Assembly (NCBI RefSeq): GCF_023055435.1
Contig: NW_025964353.1
Coordinates: forward strand, 806,001 to 870,000
Origin: Haliotis rufescens
Taxonomy: Eukaryota
Reading direction: 5' to 3'
DNA length: 64,000 nt
The notes under the pieces were generated by a model, which was given only the letters and a program-made list of their open reading frames with translations, did not search any database and was not told the origin of the DNA. The translations under genes were made by a program, and so were the position numbers. Positions within the stretch are counted from its first letter, which is position 1, and every line of letters starts with the position of its first letter. This document shows positions 49,923 through 61,798 of this stretch, piece after piece.

Positions 49923-52259
49923 TTTCTGATAGCTGGATTGATGTTTTGGTTTGTCAGTGTAGGATGCAGAAATGCGAGCGATGATGTGATAGCTTCAGTG
50001 TGGCGTTATATAGCAGACCCTACTACTTGTGTAAACAAGACAAGTGGTAACACAATGGTCGGGTGTTGGCGAGGTGTCCATATTCCTTCAGGCAATGATT
50101 ATAATCTGTCGTAAGGACATGTCGCGTGCATCAGATCTAGTTGTAGCTTCTTCATTTAAAATAACATCTTCTGGTTAAATCAGTACATCATACCTTTAAT
50201 GCAAGGTTTTGAAGAAAATAACCTAATATTTTGTGAAATGAACAATGAATCACATATTAGCCATACATATTCTGATACCTCGGATACTTTAAATTAGTAA
50301 TTAATTTTGCTAATGTATATTCCCATTTCGTGAAATGTCTACTTGAAATGGTAATCTTATGACAGTGGAGAGACTACTTGGATTTTGCATATTTTCAATT
50401 TGTTTGATTTTACTGTTCAAATATGTACTTATACGCTGTTTCTCATAGATCTAAAATATATTTAATATTCATAGATTAACAAGGATTTCGATATCCATTC
50501 ACCAGACAGGGGCGATCATTCCCATTCCACAGTAACAAGCCTGTCTCCCTGTCTCATCTGACTGTCGAACTATCACTGTCTGATCCTGTCTTCAGGATCA
50601 CACTCATCCTGCTAATCTAAGCTTATTACTGTTGTCATTGGTTTAAGAGAAACAACTCGTCAGGTTCAAGAGTAACCCATTACACGCGACAGTGAATGTT
50701 CATGGAACGGATTACACCTTTGTTTCTGGAGATTGTATAGATTTTACTTTACTCCTATCCTTTTCGCAGACATTTACGCAGTATGTAAGATCAATATAAG
50801 CATAGAAAGTATCACTATATACATATCATTTGTACTTTTCCCTAACAGGAATATTTCCAAGATTGGTATCTACACGTTGGTATCGTCTGTAATATAACTA
50901 CATTGTGTTTGTTAAAGTAGACACAATGTATGGATAACAACTTCTTTAACACTGGAAAGGCGACGTTTCGGTATACATACTTATATTTAGGGGATGTATG
51001 TTACCTTCACTCCAAGTTCATTTACGTTGGAATCTAATGATTCACTTCAAGATATCAGAACACATCTTCTCGTAAGGAAACTGTACATGGCATATGACGA
51101 TCACATATAGAATATTGTTTTTGTCCGATCCAAACACACACACTTTCTTCCGTTTTAAATGACGAGGGAAGTGTATGGGTACATGTCATGAAACGAGATT
51201 GTCTATCATCAAAACAATACAAAGATCAATTATTTTAAATCCTTCTCAGCTGAGTGTTTATCAATATCCCGACATGTGTTATTGCGGCAATGTTGATGAC
51301 GAAGTCGCCATGCATGTCAGACACCACAGTCAGCATATGCAGAAGTGTCAGACAGTTAGCATGTCTCCTGTGCTATCATCATTGCTATTTGGCCTCTTGT
51401 TGTTGAAACAATATGGTAAAAGTGAATCAAAAGACATAATTAATTTCTTGATCTGTGAAGAATGAATAATTTGTACATCTCTGGATATAACCAAAGTCAT
51501 TATTTTCTGATTGGCATTATTAGAATTCCAAAGTGGATTCCAATTTTCAGCTAGTCATTATGTAGAGAGTAACTAAACTATCTCAATAAAGAAACTTTTA
51601 TATAATCTGTTAAAATCACTGCTCCTTGAAAATAAAATATGTTAAATGTAATAACATATCTGTTCTAAACCATTTGCTGAATAGCAGTTAAATCATATTG
51701 TGTTGCCTATTTTCCGATGCAGTATAATCTTTAAAACAACAGGAGTGGAAGACACTCATTTGAATGAAGAACTATTGTTTTTAGCGTATTATGTGTAAGC
51801 ATGAGAATAATTTCTCCATAAATGATGTATCTTTTAAATTCTTCGATTTATATTGAAGTAGGTTGATACATTTACGAAAAGGTTATTATTAGATTTAACT
51901 CTACACTCTGTATCAGACACACTCTATTAATTCGTTCTGCTGTTCAACAACTTCTTTATTATTCAAATACATGTACAACGTTCCATGGCTACTTCTTGTC
52001 CCTTCACCTGATAAAGTTGTGTATGTACAATAAAGAACCTGTTATCCATAATAATACTCCTTGTCACGAGTACATATTTTTGAAAAAAACCACAAACAAT
52101 AATTCATATTTAGGAACTATAATGCCGTCACAAGTACGCGTTCAACTAATTTACCGATTGTGAGGTGCATTCAAATGTTGCTGGAATATGTCTTTTACAA
52201 TCGTTTATGATGGAGTAAGCCACATAGACTGAAGGGTTTATCTTTACATTGTGAGTGCA

Positions 52260-54390
52260 AAATGTTCTTTGTAGCACTAGAGGTACATAATGTATAGTGT
52301 ATTATCAGAACATGTCCAAGAAAGATCGAACAATTAACCAGTGAAAGACAAAGCATCAAGACATTTTATCAATACAAGTTTATTAGTATATGCATCAGAT
52401 CTAGTTGTAGCCTCTTTATGTAAAATAACACCAACTGGTTACATCACTACATCATACCTTTAATGCAAGGTTTTGAGGAAAATAACCTAATATTTTGTGA
52501 AATGAACAATTTATCACATATTACCCATACATATTCTGATACCTCGGATGTTTTAAAATTTTTAATTAATTTCGTTAGTGTATATAACCCTTTAGTGAAA
52601 TCGCTACTTTAAATGATAATATTTTAACAGGGAAGAGACTTCTTGGATTTTGTATGTTTTCAATTTGTTTGATTTTTCTATTCAAATATGTACTAGTACG
52701 CTGTTTCTCATGAATATAAAATATATTCCATATTCGAACATAAACAAGGATTTCGATATCAGTTCCCAGACGGAGGCTATCATGCCTCTTCAACAGAAAC
52801 AAGCTCGTCTCCCTGTCTCATCTTACTGAGGTTCAAGAGTAAGGTTCAAGAGTAACCCATTACACGCCACAGTGATTGTTCATGGAACGGATTATGCTTT
52901 TGTTTCTCTAGATTGTATAGATTTTACTTTATTCCTATCCTTGTTCGCAAACAGTTACGCAGGATGTGAGATCAATATAAGCATAGAAATATTTCCAAGA
53001 TTGGTATCTACACGTTGGTATCTTCTGTAAAATAACTAGATTGTGTACGTTACCTTTACTCCAATTTCATTTACGTTGGAATCTAATGATTCACATTAAG
53101 ATATCAGAACACATCTTCTCGTAAGGAAACTGTATGTGGTATAAAGATCACATATACAATAGTGTTTTTGTCCGATCCACACACAAACACTTACTTCCGT
53201 TTAAAAGGGCGAAGAAAATGTATGGGTACATGCCATGAAACTAGATTGTCTTACATTTAAACATTATAAAGATCAAGTATTTTAAATCTGTCTCAGCTGA
53301 GCAAAATGTTTCGACATGTGTTATTACAGCAATATTGATGACGAAGTCGCCATGTATGTCAGACACCACAGTCAGCATATGCAGAAGTGTCAGACAGTTA
53401 GCACGTCTCCGAGGCTGTCATCATTGCTATTTGGCCTCGTGTTGTAGAAACAATATGGTAAAACTGATAATCAAATGACATAATTGACTTCTTGATCTGT
53501 GAAGAATGAATAATTTGTACATCTCTGGATATAACCATAGTCATTATTTTCTGATTTTTCTCCATTTAGAATTCCAAAATGGATTACAATTGTCAGCTAG
53601 TCGTTATACTGAGAGTAACTAAACTATCTCCACAAACAAACTTTAAATGATTTGTTAAAATCACAGCTCCTTGATGAAAAGAAAATAATATGAAGACGCT
53701 CGTTTGAATTTGAAACTATTGTTTCATGATAACGTATTATGTGTAAGCATGATAATATTTTCTCTATACATTATTTTAAAACAAATACCTTAATGTATCT
53801 TTAAAATTCTACGGTTCATATGAAGCAGGTTGATACATTTACGAAAAGTGTTTTATAGATTTAACTCTGCACACTGTATCATAAATACTCCATTTATGCG
53901 TTCTGCTGTTCAACATAAAGGCAGCACCAGACGCCGAACGACAACCATCATTACTTGTAAAAAGCCTGTGTTCCAGACTCGTCTTACGAGAGTAGTCTCA
54001 CCCTGTTCATGATTTAAGTGCTAAACTTTTCCACCAATAATCTCTTTCCATCGATGTCCTCGTTGGTGGAATGAAAGCAGTTCATCACACTAGTCTGTCA
54101 GAGATTGAAGACATTTTTATTGGTATTTACAGAACTGACTTTGAGGCCCTTCGAGATCTTTATGGTTAGGCTCAGTCGCTTGTAGCTGAAAGAAAAATAT
54201 TAAAGTGACAGTACAGTTATTTGAGAGCGTTCATTGGAATATCGAAGTTGGATCATGGGCTACTCCTTGTCCCTTCACCTGACGACATTGTGCAAGTAAA
54301 ATAAAGAAGCTGCTGTCCATAATAATACTCCTTGTGATACGCGTACATGTTTTTGAAAACAAAATGAATGAATAATTTATATTTTGGAAC
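52260..54390 (-). pseudogene. Gene-less relic unit: 3' flank fused directly to the upstream spacer, whole nodal gene deleted
   Basis: Junction ...gtttattagtata|tgcatcagatctag... at 52390/52391 joins sequences about 1575 nt apart in intact units (18366 and 19942 in copy 2). The following spacer is a diverged type A homologue. Confidence 0.85.
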
Positions 54391-54950
54391 TTATCCAGGT
54401 TACATCTTCCCGTTTGAACCGCAAAACGTTGCAATCAATGTTACATGCACGTTCATACGTTGATGGCGAAGCAGTTGCAGTTTATTAATACTGCTGTTTA
54501 GTGGTGTAAAGGTTCCTTCACGTTGTATATTTAGACATGCTATCACAGCTTCATGTGATTCTAATCCCTTACATATTCATGTCTATTTTATTCTTGAAGA
54601 TGCATGTACTTGTATGCATCTCTTGATTAGACATGAACACTTCAACATTTCTGTAGTTTCGATATTGTTTTCATGTACATGCATTTTGCATTCTACATCT
54701 ATCAACATGTTGTATTTCATAATTTCTGTTCATAATTTGACGAATTTGCTGCAACAGGTAAAATTATCCATACAGTGACTCCCCATTACACGGAAATTGG
54801 TTAAAACGCACGAATTTGCTGGGAACGAAGCCGTTCGGATGAAACGGGTTACATTCTATAGGATAAAGATGACAACTGATGATAAAACAACTTAAAGATT
54901 AAAGTATTTTGATGTTCATGATAATGTTTGAATATTTTCTTCAATGTATA

Positions 54951-55096
54951 AGGGGCGGTGAGGCTGTCTAGTGTTTTAAGCGTTTGCCCAAAAATGAAAA
55001 CCCAGATTCGGTTCCCTTTATCGGTAAACTATGTAAATCTCATTTTTAGTATTCCTCGCCTTGATGATGCTGGAATACTGCTAAAGGCCGTGTAAA
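54951..55096 (+). mobile_element. Diverged full-length (CACT)n-tailed SINE
   Basis: ggggcggtgaggctgtctagtg...cccagattcggttccc...gctggaatactgctaaaggccgtgtaaaa...cactcactcact aligns with the family at 9302-9455. Confidence 0.7.
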
Positions 55097-56241
55097 AATA
55101 CACCCACTCACTCACTTACATGTATATGTATACTCCTCAAGAATATGAACTTGCTAAAACTGAAAGGACATTATTGACTTCTTTGTTAAATAAATAATTG
55201 GCACATCCATGAATGTTTTACAAATTATTAATAACTTATTGGTGTTATTGGAATTCCAAAATGGATTAAAACTGTCAGCTAATCACTAGCCCAAGAACTA
55301 ATAAACATTGCCTTCATTGCCGAAATATATATTATAATGAAATATAAAGAGGTTACAAATACAAAGTTTTCGCCGTATCCATATATAATTCGTCTTTCCG
55401 GACGTTTTTTACAAGGAATCGCACCATCCGGAAAGAAAGGGTTTCACTCTTCACAATTTTACTGCCGACAATGATTGATCGTTGATTAATTCTGCCGAAT
55501 GTCGCTGACACCACATTCGTTGACGCATATAGAAAACATGGTTAGGATATGGCGTGTGAAAATCAATTTATGCTTCTCAACATACGTTAAGGTTTTTTTA
55601 TTTCGCTTGCTGCAGACATGTCACTTTCACTGGTGGCATCTTTGTTAATCTCCTTTGTGTCAAAGGCATGCAACTACTTGTGCTAATCAGGTTATCATGA
55701 TACACTTCAAGAGTGTTGTCTCATGATAAAAATGAGGAGTGCGCTCTTCCTATTTATCACACCTATTTTAAGTGTGAATAAGAGAATTCGTATGCATTCC
55801 ATGTATTGCATTGAAAAGGTAATTTCAGGTGACATGCAAGCACAAACTAACTAGCGTTGGTAACGTATGACCGATGGAAGGTGAAGTGCAATCGAAAGTT
55901 GTACGAGTATGTATTTTCTAATTGTTTATAAAAGAGTAACCTCCTTGGACTGACTAGTTGGATGTATCATATTTGAATATAAATTGTTCTGTGTAGCGCT
56001 AAAGAAATAATATTACGATGATTCAAGAAAGATAGTTGGGTACAGTGTAACATTTATTACAAACGATCCATTTCTTTTACATGAAGCAAATCAGTATCTA
56101 CAAAATAGCACCATTGTATATCTATATATCACAGTTACAATTGGCCGTGCCAAGGTGTCATGACACAGATTGGTTGTTTGGCAGCTGATTACGATCAGAA
56201 TTCATGACATAGTCCACTGGTGTTCATAGGAGACGTCAACG

Positions 56242-57674
56242 TCATCGACATCCACATTCAGAGGCGATCACGTCCTCGTGATGACGTACAACAACTTCGC
56301 CATCCTCCACGTACATCATGCTGAGAGGTTCCAGTTTGGTTGGGACACAACACAGGTCGGGAGCGGCGTTGGAGCGCTTGCTTCTCATGAGTGACTGCAG
56401 CATGGCGTGATTGGTGGGTTTGAATCGGATGTCGATGGGGGAGGGACAGTTTCCGTGGCAGAATTTGGAGTTGAAGCGTGTCGGGTGGATGATCCACTGT
56501 CCCCAGCCGATCGTCTTGAAGTCCACGTTAAAGTCGTACAGACGACAGCCTTGTTTCTTCCCTGACTTGTTCCATCGTCTGTTCTTGCGATCTCGACGTC
56601 TGCTTGTGGCATGTGCTGATCTTTTAGCGCGTGATGCTATATTACCTAATCCATCAAAAGTGGAATGCTCTTCGACTTTGTAGGTTTCCAAAAGGTTTTG
56701 AAGAAAGTGGCGATTTTCCAAATAAAATACAAGTAAGTATCCATAAGTTTCGGATGCTGTTTTCAAAAGAGTTCTGGAGAATGTCCGTGGTATTTCCACA
56801 TGAATGGTGGCGTCACCGTGGTAACCGTTGATGAAGGTATTAATGGCTCGACTGATGTCAAATACATAATATTCACCCTGTGTAATAGGTTTGACGCTGA
56901 TGTTAGCTTTTCGTGCGATATTCTCTCCCTTGCGAATGATGACCTTGACCCTGTACTTCTTTAAAGGAGATACAGAGCGTCTGCACCGGAACTCAGCTAA
57001 TCGGAGACGTTCGTTCTCAGGTAGACTAGGAATCTTGAACGATAGCTCGACTCTCTTTCTTACATTCTTTTGTGTCATGTCTGGAATTAAACATACATTG
57101 CATGAAAACCAAAGTTGTACAAATAAAACACTTTCATCAAGAATATTCTTGCAGTGAATGCTTAACGTCTGCGAGCCATTCATCTAATTTCCATCCCTAT
57201 TTGGCATTTTATGCGCATTGCAATTGTTTCGGCAGACAATCGAGACTGATTATTCCCTGGCCTTGATATATTGAATTTCTTACTTTTTTCATATTGTTTG
57301 TTAATGATTAAAATCGTATGTGATCTGACTCCAGGTTAAAGATTACCTTTAGCCGTGAAGCTCCTGATGGTGTCTGCTTTCTTGAAATCAGCTGTGTTCA
57401 GCTTTCTGCCTGCCGCTCTTGCAAGTGGTGCCCCTTTTTGAAGAATGTTAAACAATTGTACCATGAGTTGTGTTGAAGGCTTTTGATAATCAACTGGATG
57501 ACTCAACCTTCCAACAATAGGGGACAGATCTGCAAGAGGTCTTGCACCATTCCCATAAGTATCAGTTAGGACTCGAACATCTTGGGTTAGCAATTGTTTG
57601 GGAAAATCAATACCTCGTCCTCCAACATTTCCGACACATATCAGAAAGAAAATTGCCATTTTAAACTGCGACAT
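56242..57674 (-). CDS. nodal: Nodal type B copy 1, 388 aa; exons 57674-57347 and 57080-56242
   Basis: Signal peptide MSQFKMAIFFLICVGNVGG; donor AAG|GTAATC, acceptor ttccag|AC, 266-nt intron; RAKR site; intact seven-Cys domain ending HHEDVIASECGCR. Confidence 0.9.
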
Positions 57675-60365
57675 TTTCAGACAGTTGGATAGATATTTTG
57701 GTGTGCAAGCGTAGGATGTAGCAATGCAAGTGATCATGTGATACCTCCCGTGTAGCGTTATATACCAGACCCAACTACTTGTGTATACAAGACAAGTGGT
57801 CATTCAATGGCCGGGTGTTGGCGAGGTGTTCAAATTCCTTCAGGCAATGCTTATAATCTGCTATAGAGAAATGGTAGTCGCGTGTATTATGTGTAATTGT
57901 ACGCATCGTATGTAACATAAACACGTATCTGCTACATTAATATATTTTTAAGCGTTACTGTGATTTGACAGATAATATATTTTGCAAACGAATAATTTGA
58001 AAAAAATAATTACATAGATCTTATTACCATATGTTTCAAGCAAGGTGTTTATGAAAATATTCTGTAATATACTACTGTACATGTGGACGTTGTCTTCTTA
58101 AGGCATGAAATATAAGTTCTCTGACATTAAACATTGTTATTTTAATATACGCATAAGCTATATACAGGATTCCGATGTTGTCAGATTGAATAAAGCTTTC
58201 TTGATTCAATGAAATTGCACAACTAATTCTGATCTTACATGTATATTCAGTATATTTATATATTGGTGCCAAGTCCCAGAAACTGTATATGCTTCTTTAA
58301 ATCACGGCTTATGCATATTCACAATTCGTCAGTGTAAGATGGCCTTCATCTTTACAGGTACATACTCTTTTCACTATTCAGTTCCCAGACAGCGGCTATC
58401 ATGCTCCTCCACAGTAACTAGCCCGTCTCCCTGTCTCATCTGACTGTCGAACAATCACTGTCTGATCCTGTCTCCCGGATCACACTCATCCCGTTAATCT
58501 CAGCTAGTTCCTAGTTTTCTTTAAGAAAACACCTCGTCAGCTTTTAGAGTGAACGATTACACGCCTCAGTGAATATTCATCAAAGCGATTCTTAAATGCT
58601 GATTGCAAGGTTTCATTGCACTGTTGTTATTGTGAGCACATATTCTCATAGTATGTAACAATCAAGTTAAGCATATAGAAAGTACCCAAATATAAGATAT
58701 TAGTTTCATATTTCTGAACTACAATGTTCCATTATTGCTATCTCTCTGTTTACATGTTGCTACTTTCTGTAATACACTGTATGTGTTAGTTCCTCGCCAA
58801 AGCTATTCATAAGAGGAATTGAAGGATGCATTTCAAGTAGTTAAGTTCACCAAGCTTCTTAGGAAACCAAAGTGATCAACACAGCAACATTTTCTCCCGT
58901 TTTATGAGGATAAAGCATGTAATGACACATGTCGTGATAAGAGATTATCTATCATCAAAACATCATAAAGATCAAGTATTTTTAATCCTCCTCAACTAAG
59001 TGTGTATCAGTATCCCGCCATGCCTTGGTGCAACAACGTCGATGTAGACGTCGCCATGTCAGACAACACACTCAGCCTCAGTATGTTAGCATGTCTCCTG
59101 TCTTATTATTATTATCATTGCTCTGTGGCCCTGTGATCTTGAAACAACATGAAATTGTTAACACTGAAAGGACATTATTGACTTCTTTGTTAAATAAATA
59201 ATTGGCACATCCCTGAATGTTTTACAAATTATTACTTACTTATTGGCGTTATTGGAATTCAAAAATGGATTAAAACTATCAGCTTATCACTAACCCGAGA
59301 AAAAATAAACATTGCCTTCATTGCCGAAATATATATTATAATGAAATAAAAAGAGGGTTCCTGGAACATACCATAATATTCTGAATAAGATTCTTGTGTC
59401 TTTGATTTGGAATCCTTAATCATAGTCCACTTTCAATTGGTGGTAAGTAATTAAGGAACAGACAGCTACAGAGGTTTCGAAAACATTGTATGACTTGTAG
59501 CCACTCTAGTTAAATGATGCAGTCTTGTTTGGAATGTATATATGAAAACACAAAGTTTTCGCCGTATCCATATATAATTCGTCTTTCCGGACGTTTTTTA
59601 CAAGGAATGGCACCACCCGGAAATGTCGCTGACACCACATTCGTTGACGCATATAGAAAACATGGTTAGGATATGGCGTGTGAAAATCAATTTATGCTTC
59701 TCAACATACGTTAAGTTTTTTTTATTTCGCTTGCTGCAGACATGTCACTTTCACTGGTGGCATCTTTGTTAATCTCCTTTGTGTCAAAGGCATGCAACTA
59801 CTTGTGCTAATCAGGTTATCATGATACACTTCAAGAGTGTTTTCTCATGATAAAAATGAGGAGTGCGCTCTTCCTATTTATCACACCTATTTTAAGTGTG
59901 AATAAGACAATTCGTATGCATTCCATGTATTGCATTGAAAAGGTAATTTCAGGTGACATGCAAGCACAAACTATTTAGCGTTGGTAACGTATGACCGATG
60001 GAAGGTGAAGTGCAATCGAAAGTTGTACGAGTATGTATTTTCTAATTGTTTATAAAAGAGTAACCTCCTTGGACTGACTAGTTGGATGTATCATATTTGA
60101 ATATAAATTGTTCTGTGTAGCGCTAAAGAAATAATATAACGATGATTCAAGAAAGATAGTTGGGTACAGTGTAACATTTATTACAAACGATCCATTTCTT
60201 TTACATGAAGCAAATCAGTATCTACAAAATAGCACCATTGTATATCTATATATCACAGTTACAATTGGCCGTGCCAAGGTGTCATGACACAGATTGGTTG
60301 TTTGGCAGCTGATTACGATCAGAATTCATGACATAGTCCACTGGTGTTCATGGGAGACGTCAACG

Positions 60366-61798
60366 TCATCGACATCCACATTCAGAGGCGATCATGTCCT
60401 CGTGATGACGTACAACAACTTCGCCATCCTCCACGTACATCATGCTGAGAGGTTCCAGTTTGGTTGGGACACAACACAGGTCGGGAGCGGCGTTGGAGCG
60501 CTTGCTTCTCATGAGTGACTGCAGCATGGCGTGATTGGTGGGTTTGAATCGGATGTCGATGGGGGAGGGACAGTTTCCGTGGCAGAATTTGGAGTTGAAG
60601 CGTGTCGGGCGGATGATCCACTGTCCCCAGCCGATCGTCTTGAAGTCCACGTTAAAGTCGTACAGACGACAGCCTTGTTTCTTCCCTGACTTGTTCCATC
60701 GTCTGTTCTTGCGTTCTCGACGTCTGCTTGTGGCATGTGCCGATCTTTTAGCGCGTGATGCTATATTACCTAATCCATCAAAAGTGGAATGCTCTTCGAC
60801 TTTGTAGGTTTCCAAAAGGTTTTGAAGAAAGTGGCGATTTTCCAAATAAAATACAAGTAAGTATCCATAAGTTTCGGATGCTGTTTTCAAAAGAATTCTG
60901 GAGAATGTCCGTGGTATTTCCACATGAATGGTGGCGTCACCGTGGTAACCGTTGATGAAGGTATTGATGGCTCGACTGATGTCAAATACATAATATTCAC
61001 CCTGTGTAATAGGTTTGACCCTGATGTTAGCTTTTCGTGCGATATTCTCTCCCTTGCGAATGATGACCTTGACCCTGTACTTCTTTAAAGGAGATACAGA
61101 GCGTCTGCACCGGAACTCAGCTAATCGGAGACGTTCGTTCTCAGGTAGACTAGGAATCTTGAACGATAGCTCGACTCTCTTTCTTACATTCTTTTGTGTC
61201 ATGTCTGGAATTAAACATACATTGCATGAAAACCAAAGTTGTACAAATAAAACACTTTCATCAAGAATATTCTTGCAGTGAATGCTTAACGTCTGCGAGC
61301 CATTCATCTAATTTCCATCCCTATTTGGCATTTTATGCGCATTGCAATTGTTTCGGCAGACAATCGAGACTGATTATTCCCTGGCCTTGATATATTGAAT
61401 TTCTTACTTTTTTCATATTGTTTGTTAATGATTAAAATCGTATGTGATCTGACTCCAGGTTAAAGATTACCTTTAGCCGTGAAGCTCCTGATGGTGTCTG
61501 CTTTCTTGAAATCAGCTGTGTTCAGCTTTCTGCCTGCCGCTCTTGCAAGTGGTGCCCCTTTTTGAAGAATGTTAAACAATTGTACCATGAATTGTGTTGA
61601 AGGCTTTTGATAATCAACTGGATGACTCAACCTTCCAACAATAGGGGACAGATCTGCAAGAGGTCTTGCACCATTCCCATAAGTATCAGTTAGGACTCGA
61701 ACATCTTGGGTTAGCAATTGTTTGGGAAAATCAATACCTCGTCCTCCAACATTTCCGACACATATCAGAAAGAAAATTGCCATTTTAAACTGCGACAT
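60366..61798 (-). CDS. nodal: Nodal type B copy 2, 388 aa; exons 61798-61471 and 61204-60366
   Basis: Same structure as B1; variants WIIRP and EDMI. Confidence 0.9.

Larger units (their letters stand above)
13990..52390 (-). repeat. Tandem array of nine ~4.31-kb nodal type A units
   Basis: ATG-to-ATG periods are 4316, 4308, 4308, 4320, 4308, 4308, 4312 and 4321 nt; genes and spacers are near-identical. Confidence 0.97.

Noticed and set aside
13990-52390. The whole array as an assembly artefact
   Set aside because: Units carry distinct, patterned substitutions, indels and microsatellite lengths, with increasingly divergent edges. The exact count of central copies 2-7 still needs read support.
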